Source: Octopus sinensis (taxonomy: Eukaryota). From it: DNA of 64,000 nucleotides. Below are positions 35,341 through 48,650 of this stretch, one piece after another. Numbering within the stretch: the stretch's first letter is position 1; every line of letters starts with the position of its first letter. Where the stretch lies: positions 107,880,001 to 107,944,000 of the forward strand of contig NC_043002.1 of NCBI RefSeq assembly GCF_006345805.1. Reading direction: 5' to 3'. The translations under genes and the position numbers were made by a program. Under the pieces are notes generated by a model. It ran no database searches. It saw nothing but the letters and a program-made list of their open reading frames with translations, and was not told the origin of the DNA.

Positions 35341-36760
35341 TTTGAGTGTCCCAAAAATGTATACGAGTACACCATTAACAGACGAAAACTCAATTTTCAT
35401 TTCTTTTTCGATATCACCCTTTAGAAATAATAAAGACAGCCATACTAAGCTTTGATCGAAGGAAATTTATCATAAAGTGCTACTCAAAGTTTGAAAACGT
35501 TGTTGTAATACAAAGTGAATCTAGGAGGGAGTTTCAAACAGATACTTCATCACGATTTATTATCAGTCGAATTAAAGATCAATTTATAGCAGATGAAACT
35601 GTTTAGAATGACCACGGACATCGACGAGCCTCAGAAAGCAGAAAGGCTACTAAAGACGTACAAGTATTTAAGAAAATCTGTGCTGCAAGTGACTAATGGG
35701 GTTGGAATTTCAAAATTAGGTGTCCATCGCATTTTAAAGGACTTTCATTGGGAAACTTATATTCCAAGAATAACCCAGACTCTCAGTGAAGATGATCTGG
35801 ATCTAAGAGTGGGATTTTGCAAGATGTACAAAAGATGCAACTTTTCAATAAAGAGTGTTTTGAGTGATAAGGATGCATTTAAATTAAATGACCCAATTAA
35901 CCACCTCAGCTTCATCCACAAGAGACCTTAGAATCCGTATATTACGATGGTGGGGTGGGTTGGACATGTTAATTTACCGAGGGCAACTAATCATCCAAAA
36001 AATTAATTGGACCATTCTTTTTTTGGGGACGGAACTGTGACTGGTTCTATATACTTGAATTTGCTGCGACAATCTGTTATATGCAGCATTCAAGAGAACG
36101 ATGAAGACGTGGAGTTTTATTTTCAGCAAGATGGATGACCCCACACAACAATAGTAATGTAAAGACGTACCTTGATATTTTGCCTGACAGGTGGATTGGA
36201 CAAAGAGGTTCAGTACAATATCCTCTACGCCACCAGGTTTATAAACATACACATATACATACATAAATACTCACACACACATATACATACATACATATAT
36301 ATATATGGCCTCCGTGCCGGTGGCACGTAAAAGCACCATCCATTCGTGGCCGTTTGCCAGCTCCGTCTGGCACCTGTGCGGGTGGCATGTAAAAAGCGCC
36401 CACTACACTCACGGAGTGGTTGGTGTTAGGAAGGGCATCCAGCCGTAGAAACACTGCCAGATCAGACTGGGCCTGATGCAGCCTTCTGGCTTCACAGACC
36501 CCAGTTGAACCGTCCAACCCATGCTAGCATGGAAAACGGATGCTAAATGATGATGATGATATATGGATACTTACAAGATAAAATTTACGGTACAAAATTG
36601 ACAACAGTCCGTGAATTGAAAGCAACTACTGAATGAGAATGTGGACAAGTACTGAATGAGATATTTCTTGATGTTCACAACTCCATTGCTTCACGTTATC
36701 AGTAATGTCTGGACCAGAAAGCTATCTGTTTGAAAACAGGCATTCATAAAACATTAAATT
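35341..36760 (+). mobile_element. Decayed Tc1-like element interrupted by a microsatellite and an RTE 3' piece (36241-36560)
   Basis: FQQDG..H, RWIG, YP..SP. and .GYLQDKIYGTKLTTVRELK remnants; HTH-like remnant in ORF 35593..35931. Confidence 0.6.
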
Positions 36761-38773
36761 CTATTTGGAGAATCTTGAAAATTAAATGTATTTTAATGAA
36801 CACTGAAGAAGAGGCCCTTCTCGAGCATAGTATATCACCAATCATCCTGCTTTACCATTTCCTCTGTGAGACTCAAAGTTCTGAGATTATTCTTTACTCC
36901 TTCATCCCATGTCTTCTTGGATTTTCTTTTCACAAGATCCGTTTACATTGTATGATCGGTACAGTTTTTTTTTCTCCCATACACATCACAGGACCATACC
37001 AGTGCAGCCTTCTTTACTTTATCGTTCATGTACACTTACGTTGCACATCCAACAAAGCACACGAGCTTAATTTATTTCCAGTGTCTTGCATTCAGGGCTC
37101 ATGTCTTACTACCATCTGACAATGCAATTCGTACAGAAGCATCGTGTATCTACCCCCCTCTCTGAAAGAGAAACCTTTTGTTACTGACAGTAATAAAAGC
37201 TCTCTGAACTTTTACCACTGTCCAGCCTGTTCTTCTTCTAGCACCTATACTTTCAGAATATCCTCCTCCATTGCTAATTAAGTTACTTAGGTAACAAGCT
37301 ATCTACTAGCGCTAGAAATGTTCGTGGTCATTTGGGAAAGTCTATTTTCCGTGTGCTCTTAGTGTTTACTGCTCCTCAGCACCTACCATACACAAAGTCG
37401 TCTATTTCCCCTGTTAATCTGCCTTGATACCATCGCATCTCTTGCGTGTCCGTAGTTTATACAGGATACACCATATAGAATTTCCACCTGCTCATTTTCC
37501 CTATATTAAACAGGGCCATTTCATTAATGGAAGCAAATATCTATTTTCCAATTTGTTAAGACTTTGGTCTTTGTTGACTTTGAGTTCAACTTTTGCTTCC
37601 TCACCTGGAATTTATTTTCTAATCCTGCTACAGATTCAGCAATAAGATCACCAGAGTACGAACCGTTCCTTTGAGCAAGCATTATTAAATACCTCTGTTA
37701 TGGCCTAGAGGGAGCTATAATGAATAAGGGGACTGAGAAACGAGCCCTGATGAACTTCGACCTGTACATTAAATTCATCTCTGCATTCATTGTCAATTAT
37801 CACCAAACTGACAGCATCGCTGTATATGTATTGCATGGCTCTCGCAAACGATTCGCCTGCCTCTAGTTTCCACAACAACCAGACCCCAGAATAAGGGAAA
37901 CTGTCCAAAGTTTTTTCCACGTTGACGAATCATTAGACTGTGGCCATGCTGGGGTTCCACTTTGAAGAATTTTTAGTCGTATTAATCAACCTATCTTTTT
38001 TAAAGTCTGGTACTTATTCTATTGGTCTTTATTGCCGAACCGCTAAGTTATGGGGACGTAAATACACCAACGCCAGTTGTCAAGTAGTGGTGGGGGACAA
38101 CCACAGAGAGAAAGATATATACACACTATGATGGGCTTCTTTTAGTTTCCATTTACCAAATCCACTCACAAAGCTTTGGTCGGCCCGTGGCTATAGTATA
38201 GGACACTTGATTAAGGTGACATGAAGTGGAAACAAACCCAGAACCATGTGGTTGGGAAGCAAGTTTCTTAACTTACCTGGAAACTTTTTAAATACACAGA
38301 AAAGTATGAGAATGACACAACCAAAATATATTACTATTCTCTTGAGAAGCTGGTTGATCTTTCGGGAAGAGAGATATGTGCCTGCTAAATGGACTGTGAA
38401 AGACCGAGGACATCATATACGAAGCATCAATCACAGAGAAATACTTACAACACAACCTTTGCCAAGAAATACGTGGGTCTTGTGGAAGAAAGCTTCAAGT
38501 CGAAGTTTTAAAATCATACCATCCCCTTTAGAAATTGGAGAGAGTGGAAAACACGATGCTCTCTAGTTACTGTTATAAAACTGTGTATTGCCACTGTTGT
38601 ATCTGTCTCTGTATGACGGTTATCGCTCTGATGCTGGCAAAGTATTAAACCCCATTTCTTTGGTTTTAGGATATCTAATATCACACATTCGACCACCAAG
38701 TCTGACTCTCAACTGATTTGGTCAGTTGTAATGAAAGAACTTAGAATATTTTAGTTTTACTTTGGACTGTTGA

Positions 38774-39082
38774 GTGGAGGCACAATGGCCCAGTGGTTAG
38801 GGCAGCGGACTCGCGGTCAGAGGATCGCGGTTTCGATTCCCAGACCGGGCGTTGTGTGTGTTTATTGAACGAAAACACCTAAAGCTCCACGAGGCTCCAG
38901 CAGGGGATGGCAGCGACCCCTGTTGTACTCTTTCGCCCAAACTTTCTTTCACTCTTTCTTCCTGTTTCTTGAGTAACGCTGCGATGGACTGGCATCCCGT
39001 CCAGCTGGGGGGAACACATACGCCACAGAAACCAGGAAACCGGGCCCATGAGCCTGGCTAGGCTTGAAAAGGGCGAAAAAAA
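38774..39082 (+). mobile_element. tRNA-derived SINE, family A, tail type iii, 13-bp TSD tttggactgttga
   Basis: TSD at 38761-38773 and 39083-39095; body contains gatggactggcatcccgtccag. Confidence 0.85.
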
Positions 39083-42000
39083 TTTGGACTGTTGAACATA
39101 GAATAATGTTGTGTGCTTTGAGCAAATGAGACAGCTTCTATGTAGCCATATAAGCTGCTGTAATAGAATTAACATCCAAATGACATCACAAATGTCTTAA
39201 ACAAGGACATATTAAATGATAAGCTCCTAGATATTCATTCAGGGAATGATCATGTAAGAAATACTTTGATCATAAATCTTCTCAATTAAGAAATGGCATT
39301 GTGTTTACTTCCAGCTTAATAATTCTGGGTTCATTAAGATTATACTAGATTCAACAGTTAGTCTGGAAATAGGGTTTTACTCAGAATTGCTACAAGCAAG
39401 CAATTCAGAAGATGCATGAAGTGGAGGTTCTGTGGGGATGAGGTGAACCAGAAGTATAGGGTCAGTGATGTCAATGGCTGAAGAGCTTTGCCAGAAGGAG
39501 AGAACAGAAATCATCTGAGCAGAAGCAGGGCTGGTGTGGCCCACTTTTCACTTGGTGTGATCATAGGGGATGGATGTGTAAGCTGCATGGAGTGGAGGGA
39601 ATTTTCCATTAAGTTCTGGCCAGAGGTTAGGTGGATAGGGCACCTACGGATATAACTTGGCTGGAAAGGATCACTGCTACTCAAGAACTGGAGAAGTAGA
39701 TGTGTTGCACTTTCTTTTCCCCACACAACAGCTCCCTAAAAATGTACACATACACAAAGACAATAAACAAATATAGACTATAGAAATAAGTGACCAATAA
39801 CCTTCTCCTTGAAAAGGTGTGTCACCCCAAAACTCTGTAAAACTTCAGCTCTCTAAATGCAAAACTGGTCTACAATTTAGATCACAACATGCATTCACTT
39901 AAGATATTATTATAAACTAGCAGTATCGCCCGGCGTTGCTCGGGTTTGTAAGGGAAATAACTATATAAGCATTTTTAGAGAGTTATAGCCAAAAAATAGC
40001 AAAAAAAAATGCATTAAAAATGGAAAAAAAATGGTAAATTTTTAAAAATTGTTGACTCATCGTAGACATTTTTAGAGAGTTACTTCCTTTATATAATAGC
40101 GAAAAAAATGCACTAAAATGGAAAAAAATGATGGTAAATTATTTTTAAAATAAAAGGGCTTGATATGAATCACGACTATAAGCAAAATGTGGGAGTAGTT
40201 AGGAATCTAAATCGTAGGAGACAGACACACAACTTCATTTTTATATATAAAGAAGATAAAATTGTGGAATTCAGTAATGACATCATTTACTGTAATTATA
40301 AAAGTGAAATAAAAAAAAAATATTCCACAAAAAAAGAAACAGTAGAAAAAAAGACATTTTTTTAATGCATTTTATTATCGGAATTGTTGCACAGCATTCT
40401 TTGTCAGATCTTTTCAATAAATAAACCTCCAAATCAAAGAATTGCTTCCATAGTCTTTACAAATGTAAAGTGGTATTTAAACCATAGATAATGAAATGAG
40501 TGACACAAACTAAAGTTTTAAACTTCATTAAGTTAAACAAGAATAAAAATAACCTTTTCAACATCAACACATAAAATGGGGGATCTCTCTGCAGCTAATA
40601 TGGTTTTTATTCTTCCTGTAAAATAGTAGTGATTTAGGAACTAGTAAACAAATATCTATATATATTATACACACACACATGTATTTATGTATGTATGTCA
40701 TATGTACGTGTGTAAGAATACATATTATATATATATATATATACATATATATACACATAAATATCTTTGACTCAAAATTCTTGAAGCTCAAACATTGCAT
40801 TTTAAATAGTCACCTACCAATAAAAAACATACTGATTGTAGTTCACATAATTAATTTGTAATAAAAGTGTGAACTACAACAGGTGTGTTTTAATCAATCA
40901 TCCAGCCAACACACACATATATATATATAATACATATACACACATATAATATACATACATATATAATCATCCAACACACACACACATAAAATTACATAAC
41001 AAAAAAGAAAATAATTTTCACCATAGCAGATAAAAATAAATTTATTAAGTTGATATTTTAACATAATTTTTGCAAAAAAATAAGTTAGTTTAGTTTAAAT
41101 GTTTCTTCAGTTTACATTGTGGACATTTCAAGTCTAAAAATAGACAAATTCCTAATTCTAAATCTTACCACTGACATAGTTAAATCCTACAAAAAAGAAA
41201 TAACACACCTTAAATTTTATTTCTCATTTAAATAATTTATAAAATATAAGTTTAGGGGACGATGATAAACAAAGAAGACATTTGAACATTTTTGTGGAGA
41301 AATCATCATTAATGTTCTACAATTCTGGACTAGAACAACCCAAAGAGATATCTGTAATTATTTTAAACAAACTACAATAATTTGATTTTTTTAATTGTTT
41401 TAATAAATCTACAGCAAAGGGTCTGTCTGGTATTGTTCATCAAAAATTGAGACAACAGATATTGTCACTGGTGTTAATACAGCAATATCTGTTGGATCAA
41501 TAACAAAAAAGAAAAAATGGTTAACCTGACAGGAAAATGCATCAATCAATATCAGCCTTCGTTAAACCCAAAATATCACACTCAAAATCAATCAGTCAAC
41601 TGCTTGTTAATTTCCAGTCAGGTTTTGTGATTTATTAATGAGATATTTACTTAAATACCATTTGAGTTTAAGTAAAAAAACAAAAAAAACAATGCTAAGC
41701 TCAAAGACACAATAGAATACCAAAGATATATGAAGCCATTACAAAATCTTGTTTAGATTCTCTATAAAAATGGCACCAAGTTATGGTTAATTGAGTCAAG
41801 AGTTTACACCCACTGGCTGAACAACTGAAATTTCATATCTCAGGCAAAAATCACCCAACTCTTCTTGGCCTGTCTCTGTCTAGAAGTGTCATTGAATGTA
41901 AACTGGTGTTGGTTGGTGGCAAAAAGTTCTGTATAAACAAGTGGAAAGTAATTATTTAGCTTGCAGTGAGTTGAGTTCAAATCTTGCAGTAAATTGGTGT

Positions 42001-42224
42001 TCTCTTTCAGGAAGTAAGAGCTTATTTAAGTGGTTAATTTTGTGAAAGTTGTGGTTATGTCTATGTTCCATATTATGCAAGACACTTCTTGAAAATTTGT
42101 GAGAGTATATAAGATTCGGCAAGAGTATGAGGTGCTAATTCCTATTCAATTCAACATCCAATCAACAGACCACCTTCAGTATATTCTAGACTCACTTCCA
42201 CTCTTCTCGTACTCACACTCCGAT

Positions 42225-43240
42225 TGTTTTAGTGAATTAGTTCAAAATGGAATATAAAGCAGTTTCCGCTGCTTTGCAAAGATCAATAAAGGTTTTGGCC
42301 AGGAAATTGTCAACAAAGTCCAACATTAGTTTCAACCATTTTATAATCGAGTTGATAGCCTTGAAGATGAGATGAGTAAGAGAGGACTTCCTGCATTTGA
42401 CAATGACCAAGTGAGAGCCATTACTGAAGTGCATCCAAGCAAAAAAACAACTCAAGAGATTACAGAAGGCCTCAATGTTGACTGTTCAATGTTTGTTCAC
42501 CACATTGTAAAGTTAAAAGAGATGAATAAACAGGTGTTGCACAAACTGAACAAAAATATGAAGAAAGAATGTTTGCAAAACAAAAACAACCTGTTTCTTT
42601 GTCACATTGTGATAATATGACAAGAAAAAAAAAAGGAAAAAGAAAAGAAGTCCAGATTCTTCTGCAATAACTGATGGCATTCTGTGCAGTGGCTGGACCA
42701 GAGGTGAAATAGCAAAATACTTTCTGTGATTGAAAGCTGCATCAAAACAAGATTATGCTCAGAGTTTGGAAATCAGAAAGTCAAATTGTCCAATACCATT
42801 TTTGAATCCTGATGGAACTGTCACAGCAGAGAAATATTTGCTAGGATACTGACAAAATACATGAAGAATTGCAAGATTTACAGTCATCAATGCTCAATTA
42901 AAAAGGACCAATTCTTTTCAAAGACAATGCCAAACCACATGTCTTACCAATAACTTCAGAAATGGAATGGACTAACCCAAGATGCTCTACTTCCTTCAGC
43001 TAATTCTACAGGTCTTTGGATGACTCTCAACCAGTTTCTCAAACAGTTTAATAACTTCAACAACAACAAGCAGTTCTAAATGCTTTTCAAGAAGCTATTT
43101 GTTCCAAGATTCCAGGATTCTGTGCTACTAAAATCAATAAATTTGCCTGTGGTCAAAAATATGTAGACTCTAATGATTGTTATTTCAATGAATAACATTT
43201 ATTCTGAGTTACATTACTTGATGGTTAAAAACTGCAGTTA
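42225..43240 (+). mobile_element. Heavily decayed mariner-like relic
   Basis: Fragmentary mariner-like motifs (SLEDE..RG.P, .DNAKPH); no intact ORF. Confidence 0.45.
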
Positions 43241-43966
43241 TTTTCCTAAAACCAGATTAATACAGACAAGGATTCAGTGAATGACATCTGTTATACAATT
43301 TATACTGTTTATTGAAACTTACTTCATCTTTGTTAGGACACAAATGCCATTAGAAATATCATAACTAGCACAATATCTCATTCTAGAACTGATCAAATCA
43401 ATTTGGTCTCATAATACCAGCTTTATCTATGTTGCCCCAGCATGTCACCAAATCTATAATCAAGATCTGTAGCATTCTCTGGCTCAATCTATAGAACTGT
43501 GAATAGAAACTATACGTAAGTACAACATATTTCTTAAAGAAATGGAAACTATAAAACTGATAAGAGATTCGTTAATTTGCTGTCGTGAGGAATGGTGTTC
43601 AGTAGCATCTATAGTGGCCTAACAGTACAGGATTAAAATACATAGACTTTGTTTCAACCAATTCCATTATCATAGCAAATGTGAATTTGATTCTAAAGAC
43701 AAAAGTTTATGTTGAGACATTTCTCACTGAAGTTCTACAGAATATCAGAATAGTTCAATGCCATCAACTCAAAACTGACAACAGGTTAACAATATATATA
43801 CATGAGGAAACAAATGAGCAAAAATAGCACTCAATACATTGATATAGAGTTGTATTTGTAGAGTAAGAGGTTGACTTAGTTTCTCATGTTAAAGTTTTGT
43901 GGGCATAAAACAAAATGTAACCCAGATTCTGACATTTTTGAGGCAAAATATGTGTGTGTATATATA

Positions 43967-43995
<29 letters not shown>

Positions 43996-43997
<2 letters not shown>

Positions 43998-44216
43998 CGA
44001 TGGGGTGTTGAAAAGTCCTTGGCTTTGGGTAACAGAAAATGCAGGAGGATCAGTTACTTATGATTTTATTCAATATATTCCTCTCTTAGATTCACTCATT
44101 TATTGCAGTGGTCCTTCAGTTTTTCTAAGCCCTGTAAAAGATCTCAGACGTTTGGCCCTCCAAGCAGGCCTTTCATGATACCCTTAAAGCCAGGAACTTT
44201 TCAGCATCCCCTCATA
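43996..44216. mobile_element. Short mariner-type MITE
   Basis: Inverted termini tacgatggggtgttgaaaagtcct / ggaacttttcagcatcccctcata within TA flanks. Confidence 0.6.
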
Positions 44217-45720
44217 TATATACACACGCATAAATATATATACATACATACACATTCACACAAATACAAGCATGGAAAGTGGACATTAAAACGATGAAGA
44301 TAGGAATATACAAACCTTCATACACACACAAACACACACACAGAGTTCTGGGCTACCAGACCAGTCATTACTCCAGCACTTGATCAAAACCTTATGTAGA
44401 TGTTAAACTTTCTGCCCTCAATATTACAGAAACCAGTTGTCAGTAACTCACCGAAAACAAAAAACAAACAGATGTAGCCATTACATCCTTCTTAGAATAT
44501 CCAAATATACAAACTTTGAGTAAAAAAATATTCTTTTTAATGCATTTCAAACTTTCAGAATTCAAGAATGCCATTGGTTCAATAGTTCTGTCTGAGCCAG
44601 CTATTCCTAAAAAGATCCATTCTTCAAGGTATATTGGTCCTAGTGTAGCAGAAACAGTTTGCCTGTATAACATTGCACTTCTGATCCAGAAATAATGAGA
44701 TCTAATAAGGAGAGAGCATCGGAATTCTAGTAAACGGTTTGAATCCATTGGATTATATGAATCCCAGTTGCCATCATCCTTTAACGCCCATGTTCCGGGC
44801 TGGCATGGATCGGACAGTTTGGCAGGATTCAATGGACCCAAAGACTGCTTTGTGGTCCAATGTCTGCTTTGGCATGGCTTCCTAGTACAGAGTGTACTCG
44901 GTGCTTTTCTTATGCCGCCAGCTTCAGTGAAGTTGCCAAGTAACTTGCAAGACTACAAACCCTGAGAGAGGTAGCTTGATGCTAGGGGTTGAGGGGTCAA
45001 AGTATGAGAGAAGGGACCAGCACAGAATAGTATTTGATTTAAATATTTCATCAATCATAAAAGGATAAAAAGCAGAGTCAACCATAAAAATAAAATTAAA
45101 CAAATAGAAACAAAGGGGAAACAAAGCAAAATGTAATTTTAATTAAAAAAATATGACAAGTCGTTAATGATAATAAAATGTTCTAAAGTGATTTCATTGA
45201 GTGCTTTATTGATATTTCTGGAAGAAACTAACAAAATGTAAAATTGCAAAAACAACAAAAAAAAAAATCTTAAATGAATAGATAACTAACAAGGTGCTTA
45301 AGTAAAAATAACCTGCAACAACTAACGAGGAATAAAATTTGTAAAAAAATAGATTTGAGAAATTGAGTGAAATGCAGAACAAATCAATTGTAAAACAAGA
45401 AATTGATTTTAAATGAGAGGAGAGAGAGAGAGAGTGAGAGAGAGAAGTAGAGATGTAGAAACAAAAGAGGTAAAGTAATTTAGCAACATGTAAATAACTA
45501 ATTAATAAATATAAATGAAATATTTTGATTTTTTTTAATGTAAAATTGTTTGGGGTTTTTTTGTTTTGTTATTTTGCTTCTTCTTTCTTCTCTTTTGTCT
45601 CTTCAATAAATTAAAACAACTTAAGAATTTACACCAAAAAAAAAAAAGTTAGAAATAGAACTTAGAAATGAGGAACAGAAAGAATAAAATATCAGTTCCA
45701 TGAGAAAGTCATTGTGCAGA

Positions 45721-45849
45721 TCATCCGTCAATCAAGTTTCCTGTGTCTGTGGAAACAATGGCACCATAATTATTGGTATTGCTTCGAACAGAGTCTACCT
45801 GCCTGGCATCGCCTTTGGAATCATTCTTCAGAACATTGGCAACAAATGG
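45721..45849 (-). CDS. Terminal coding exon of the same gene (PFVANVLKNDSKGDARQVDSVRSNTNNYGAIVSTDTGNLIDG*)
   Basis: Acceptor atttctcatttttcag|CCA, phase 0; TGA at 45723-45721; the other two frames close within 10 codons; followed by AT-rich UTR-like sequence. Confidence 0.55.
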   Translation of the reverse strand, partial: PFVANVLKNDSKGDARQVDSVRSNTNNYGAIVSTDTGNLIDG

Positions 45850-46527
45850 CTGAAAAATGAGAAATATCACAATCAATCAATTTGAAAACATCATTTCAAC
45901 ATAAACGGACAAAACCAAGTAGAAATGAACAGAATCAATCTATATTATAATATGATAATATTAGATGTTTCTGTCTGTGTGTATGTCTCTCTCACACTCT
46001 ATTCTCCATGCTGTTATCACCACAAAAAGAAAGGCCATAAATATTTCACTCTCTAATACAATAGACTGTGTAACAAAAGGGAAAAGGTAAAGACAGTGAA
46101 ACTGGAAGGAGAGAAAGAGCGTAAAAAATATATATATATAATAGCAGTATCGCCCGGCGTTGCTCGGGTTTGTAAGGGAAATAACTATATAAGCATTTTT
46201 AGAGATGTTAATTATAATAGCCATCTCAATATGGCTAACCACAAAGGCGGGGGAGTGTTACTGTAGCTTTTAATAATAAATTTTTAGAGAGTTACTTCCC
46301 TTATATATGCCAAAAATGCATTAAAAAATGGGAAAAATTGATGGTAATTTTTTTTTTAAATCGTAGACTCATTGTAGACACGCACTAATACCCAGAAGGA
46401 CTCAATATGAATCACAACTATAAGATACCCGGTTTTGGTTAAACTGCACCGCAAAATGTGAGAGTAGTTAAGAATCTAAATCATAGGAGACAGACAGCAC
46501 ACAACCTCTCTTTTATATATAAAGATA

Positions 46528-47385
46528 TAGAAGGTGCAGTGAATAAACTGTGGTCTAAGTTACTCGAAAATGAAAATAACACTGACATCTCATTTTAACA
46601 GATATATTTACCAAAATTACATAAAAATATCTTGAAATACTAAAGAGTAAATTTATTCAATAAAAATCGCCTTTGGCATCAACCATGGCCTCCAGACAAC
46701 TTTAGAATCTCCTGCAACTCTTCTGGATGGTCTCCTTGTTTAAGTTGGTGAATGCTGCCATAATCCTTGCCTTCAGTTTATCAAGGAGTTTTATTGGTCT
46801 CTCGCTCAACTGTGCCTCACACATAATAATCAAAAGGGCTGCAGTCTGGGGAGTTAAGTGGCCAGATGTTAGGGGTGATGTGGTTGCAGAAATTGTCTGA
46901 CAGCCATGACTGGGTTCTCCTGCTTGTGTGGCATGGTGCAGAGTCCTGTTGGCAGACATAGAGTCTTCCACCAGCCACCCTCTTGACTCAGGGCAGTACT
47001 ACCTCCTCCAGGTACTTGATGTAGGCCTCCATGTTGAGTCTGAGGCCATGTGGGAAGATCACTAGTGAACATTCCAAACACCATGATGTTGACTGGATGT
47101 TTGATTTTTATCACTCTCGGTACATGTCCTCAGATTGCACTGTCCTGAGATTAACATCCAAACACTCTGAAATATTCGTATTGGAGCTTCTCGTATGAGT
47201 GTCAAGCAGTACAGCATATCGTTTCCAAATTTCTGGCAGAGTGAATTGCATGATGGTGCTTTTTTTCTCACCGATGGTGCCCAACTGACCCTACTATACT
47301 GGGTAGTCAACAAAATCAAAACCAACCAATGTGCATGCACGAAATTAAGATAAAATGGTGCCAATTTACCCATTGCACCTTGTAT
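46528..47385 (-). mobile_element. Decayed Tc1/mariner-superfamily element (maT-like)
   Basis: KHPVNIMVFG and remnants of QQDSAP.H and WPP.SPDC.P.DY across frames; degenerate TA(C/G)AAGGTGCA ends. Confidence 0.6.
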
Positions 47386-47388
47386 ATA

Positions 47389-48311
47389 TATTGGGTCATC
47401 CCATAAATAATGCTGTTTTTTTTATACTTCTTTTATTTTTCAAAATTAAGATAAAGTTCTTTTTAAATCTAAAATACACTCTCCTTCATTTTCTACAATA
47501 CTCTTCCATCTATCTGGTAGACTCGCAAGGCCCCTCTTCCAAAACTTCACTTATCAGTGATGAAAAATACTCCTCCAAGTACTGTTCTGACCTCGTCTAC
47601 AGAATTCATATTTTTTCTATCCAAATGATTTTGAAGACTGTGAAATAAATGATAATCAGATGGGGTAATGTCCAGCAAATATGGTGGGTGGGGCATCATT
47701 TCCCATGCAAACTGCTTCAGCCTTTGGAATGTCATCCTCGCTGTATGTGGCTGAGCATTATCCTAATGGAAGAACACTTTTTGTCTTGAAACCAAAGACG
47801 ATCATTTTTCTTCTAGTGCTGACCTGAATGAATGGTTGAATAACCAAATCAAAGCTTCTCTCCTAGTTCATCAACAGTTCTGATGGGATTTTGTTCCATC
47901 AGGGTTTGTAAAACGTCCTTGTCAAGCTCTACAGATCTTCCAGGATGAGGCTCGTCTTCTAGGCTGTAGTTTCCAGCTCGGAATTTCTGGAACCACCTTT
48001 GACAATGGTTTACACTTATTGTCCAATCCCTATATACTGCATTAATATTCCTCGCACTTTCCATTGTGTTGTTGCCTTTATTGAACTCATAAAGCAAAAT
48101 ATGTGGAATATGCTCCTTTGTCACTTCCATTATAGATTTGAAAAATAACCGTTAAAATTGAATTGCACTCTTCAAAACTTGCACTAAGAATAAGGACAAG
48201 GTAAAATTACTACCTGCTTTTATAGCAAGTTGATGCAGGTAGTTTATCCTGTCCCCACTGATTTTTGGTTCATATAATTCAAAAAACCACATTATTTATG
48301 GGTTGACCATA
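47389..48311 (-). mobile_element. Internally deleted mariner element with both TIRs
   Basis: TIRs gggtcatcccataaataatg / cattatttatgggttgacc in TA flanks; HTH region (RWFQKFRAGNYSLEDEPHPGR) and degenerate PHPPY..DITPSDYHLF. Confidence 0.85.
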
Positions 48312-48611
48312 TATATATATATATATATATACTCTTTATCTTTTATTAAACTTTTAATACTTTTGATATTTAAAAAATATTTTTAAAAAAAAAATTAATT
48401 AATTAATAAATAAATAAAATAATATATAAATATAAAAATATACATACATATATATATATATATTTGTATATATATATAAAATTTATAAGTTTAAATTATT
48501 TAAATAATTTTTTATTTTTAACTTTTATATTTTTAAATTAATTTTATGTATTGGCTTATGTTTTTCACTGTTTGATTTGCCTAATAATGGTTTTATCTCT
48601 AATTTAATATA

Positions 48612-48650
<39 letters not shown>

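Noticed and set aside
44452-44701. Exon-like 250-nt open segment on the minus strand with good acceptor and GTGAGT donor (SHYFWIRSAMLYRQ...)
   Set aside because: No recognisable protein similarity, no phase-compatible partner exon found, and it lies downstream of the upstream gene's stop codon; left uncalled pending RNA-seq.
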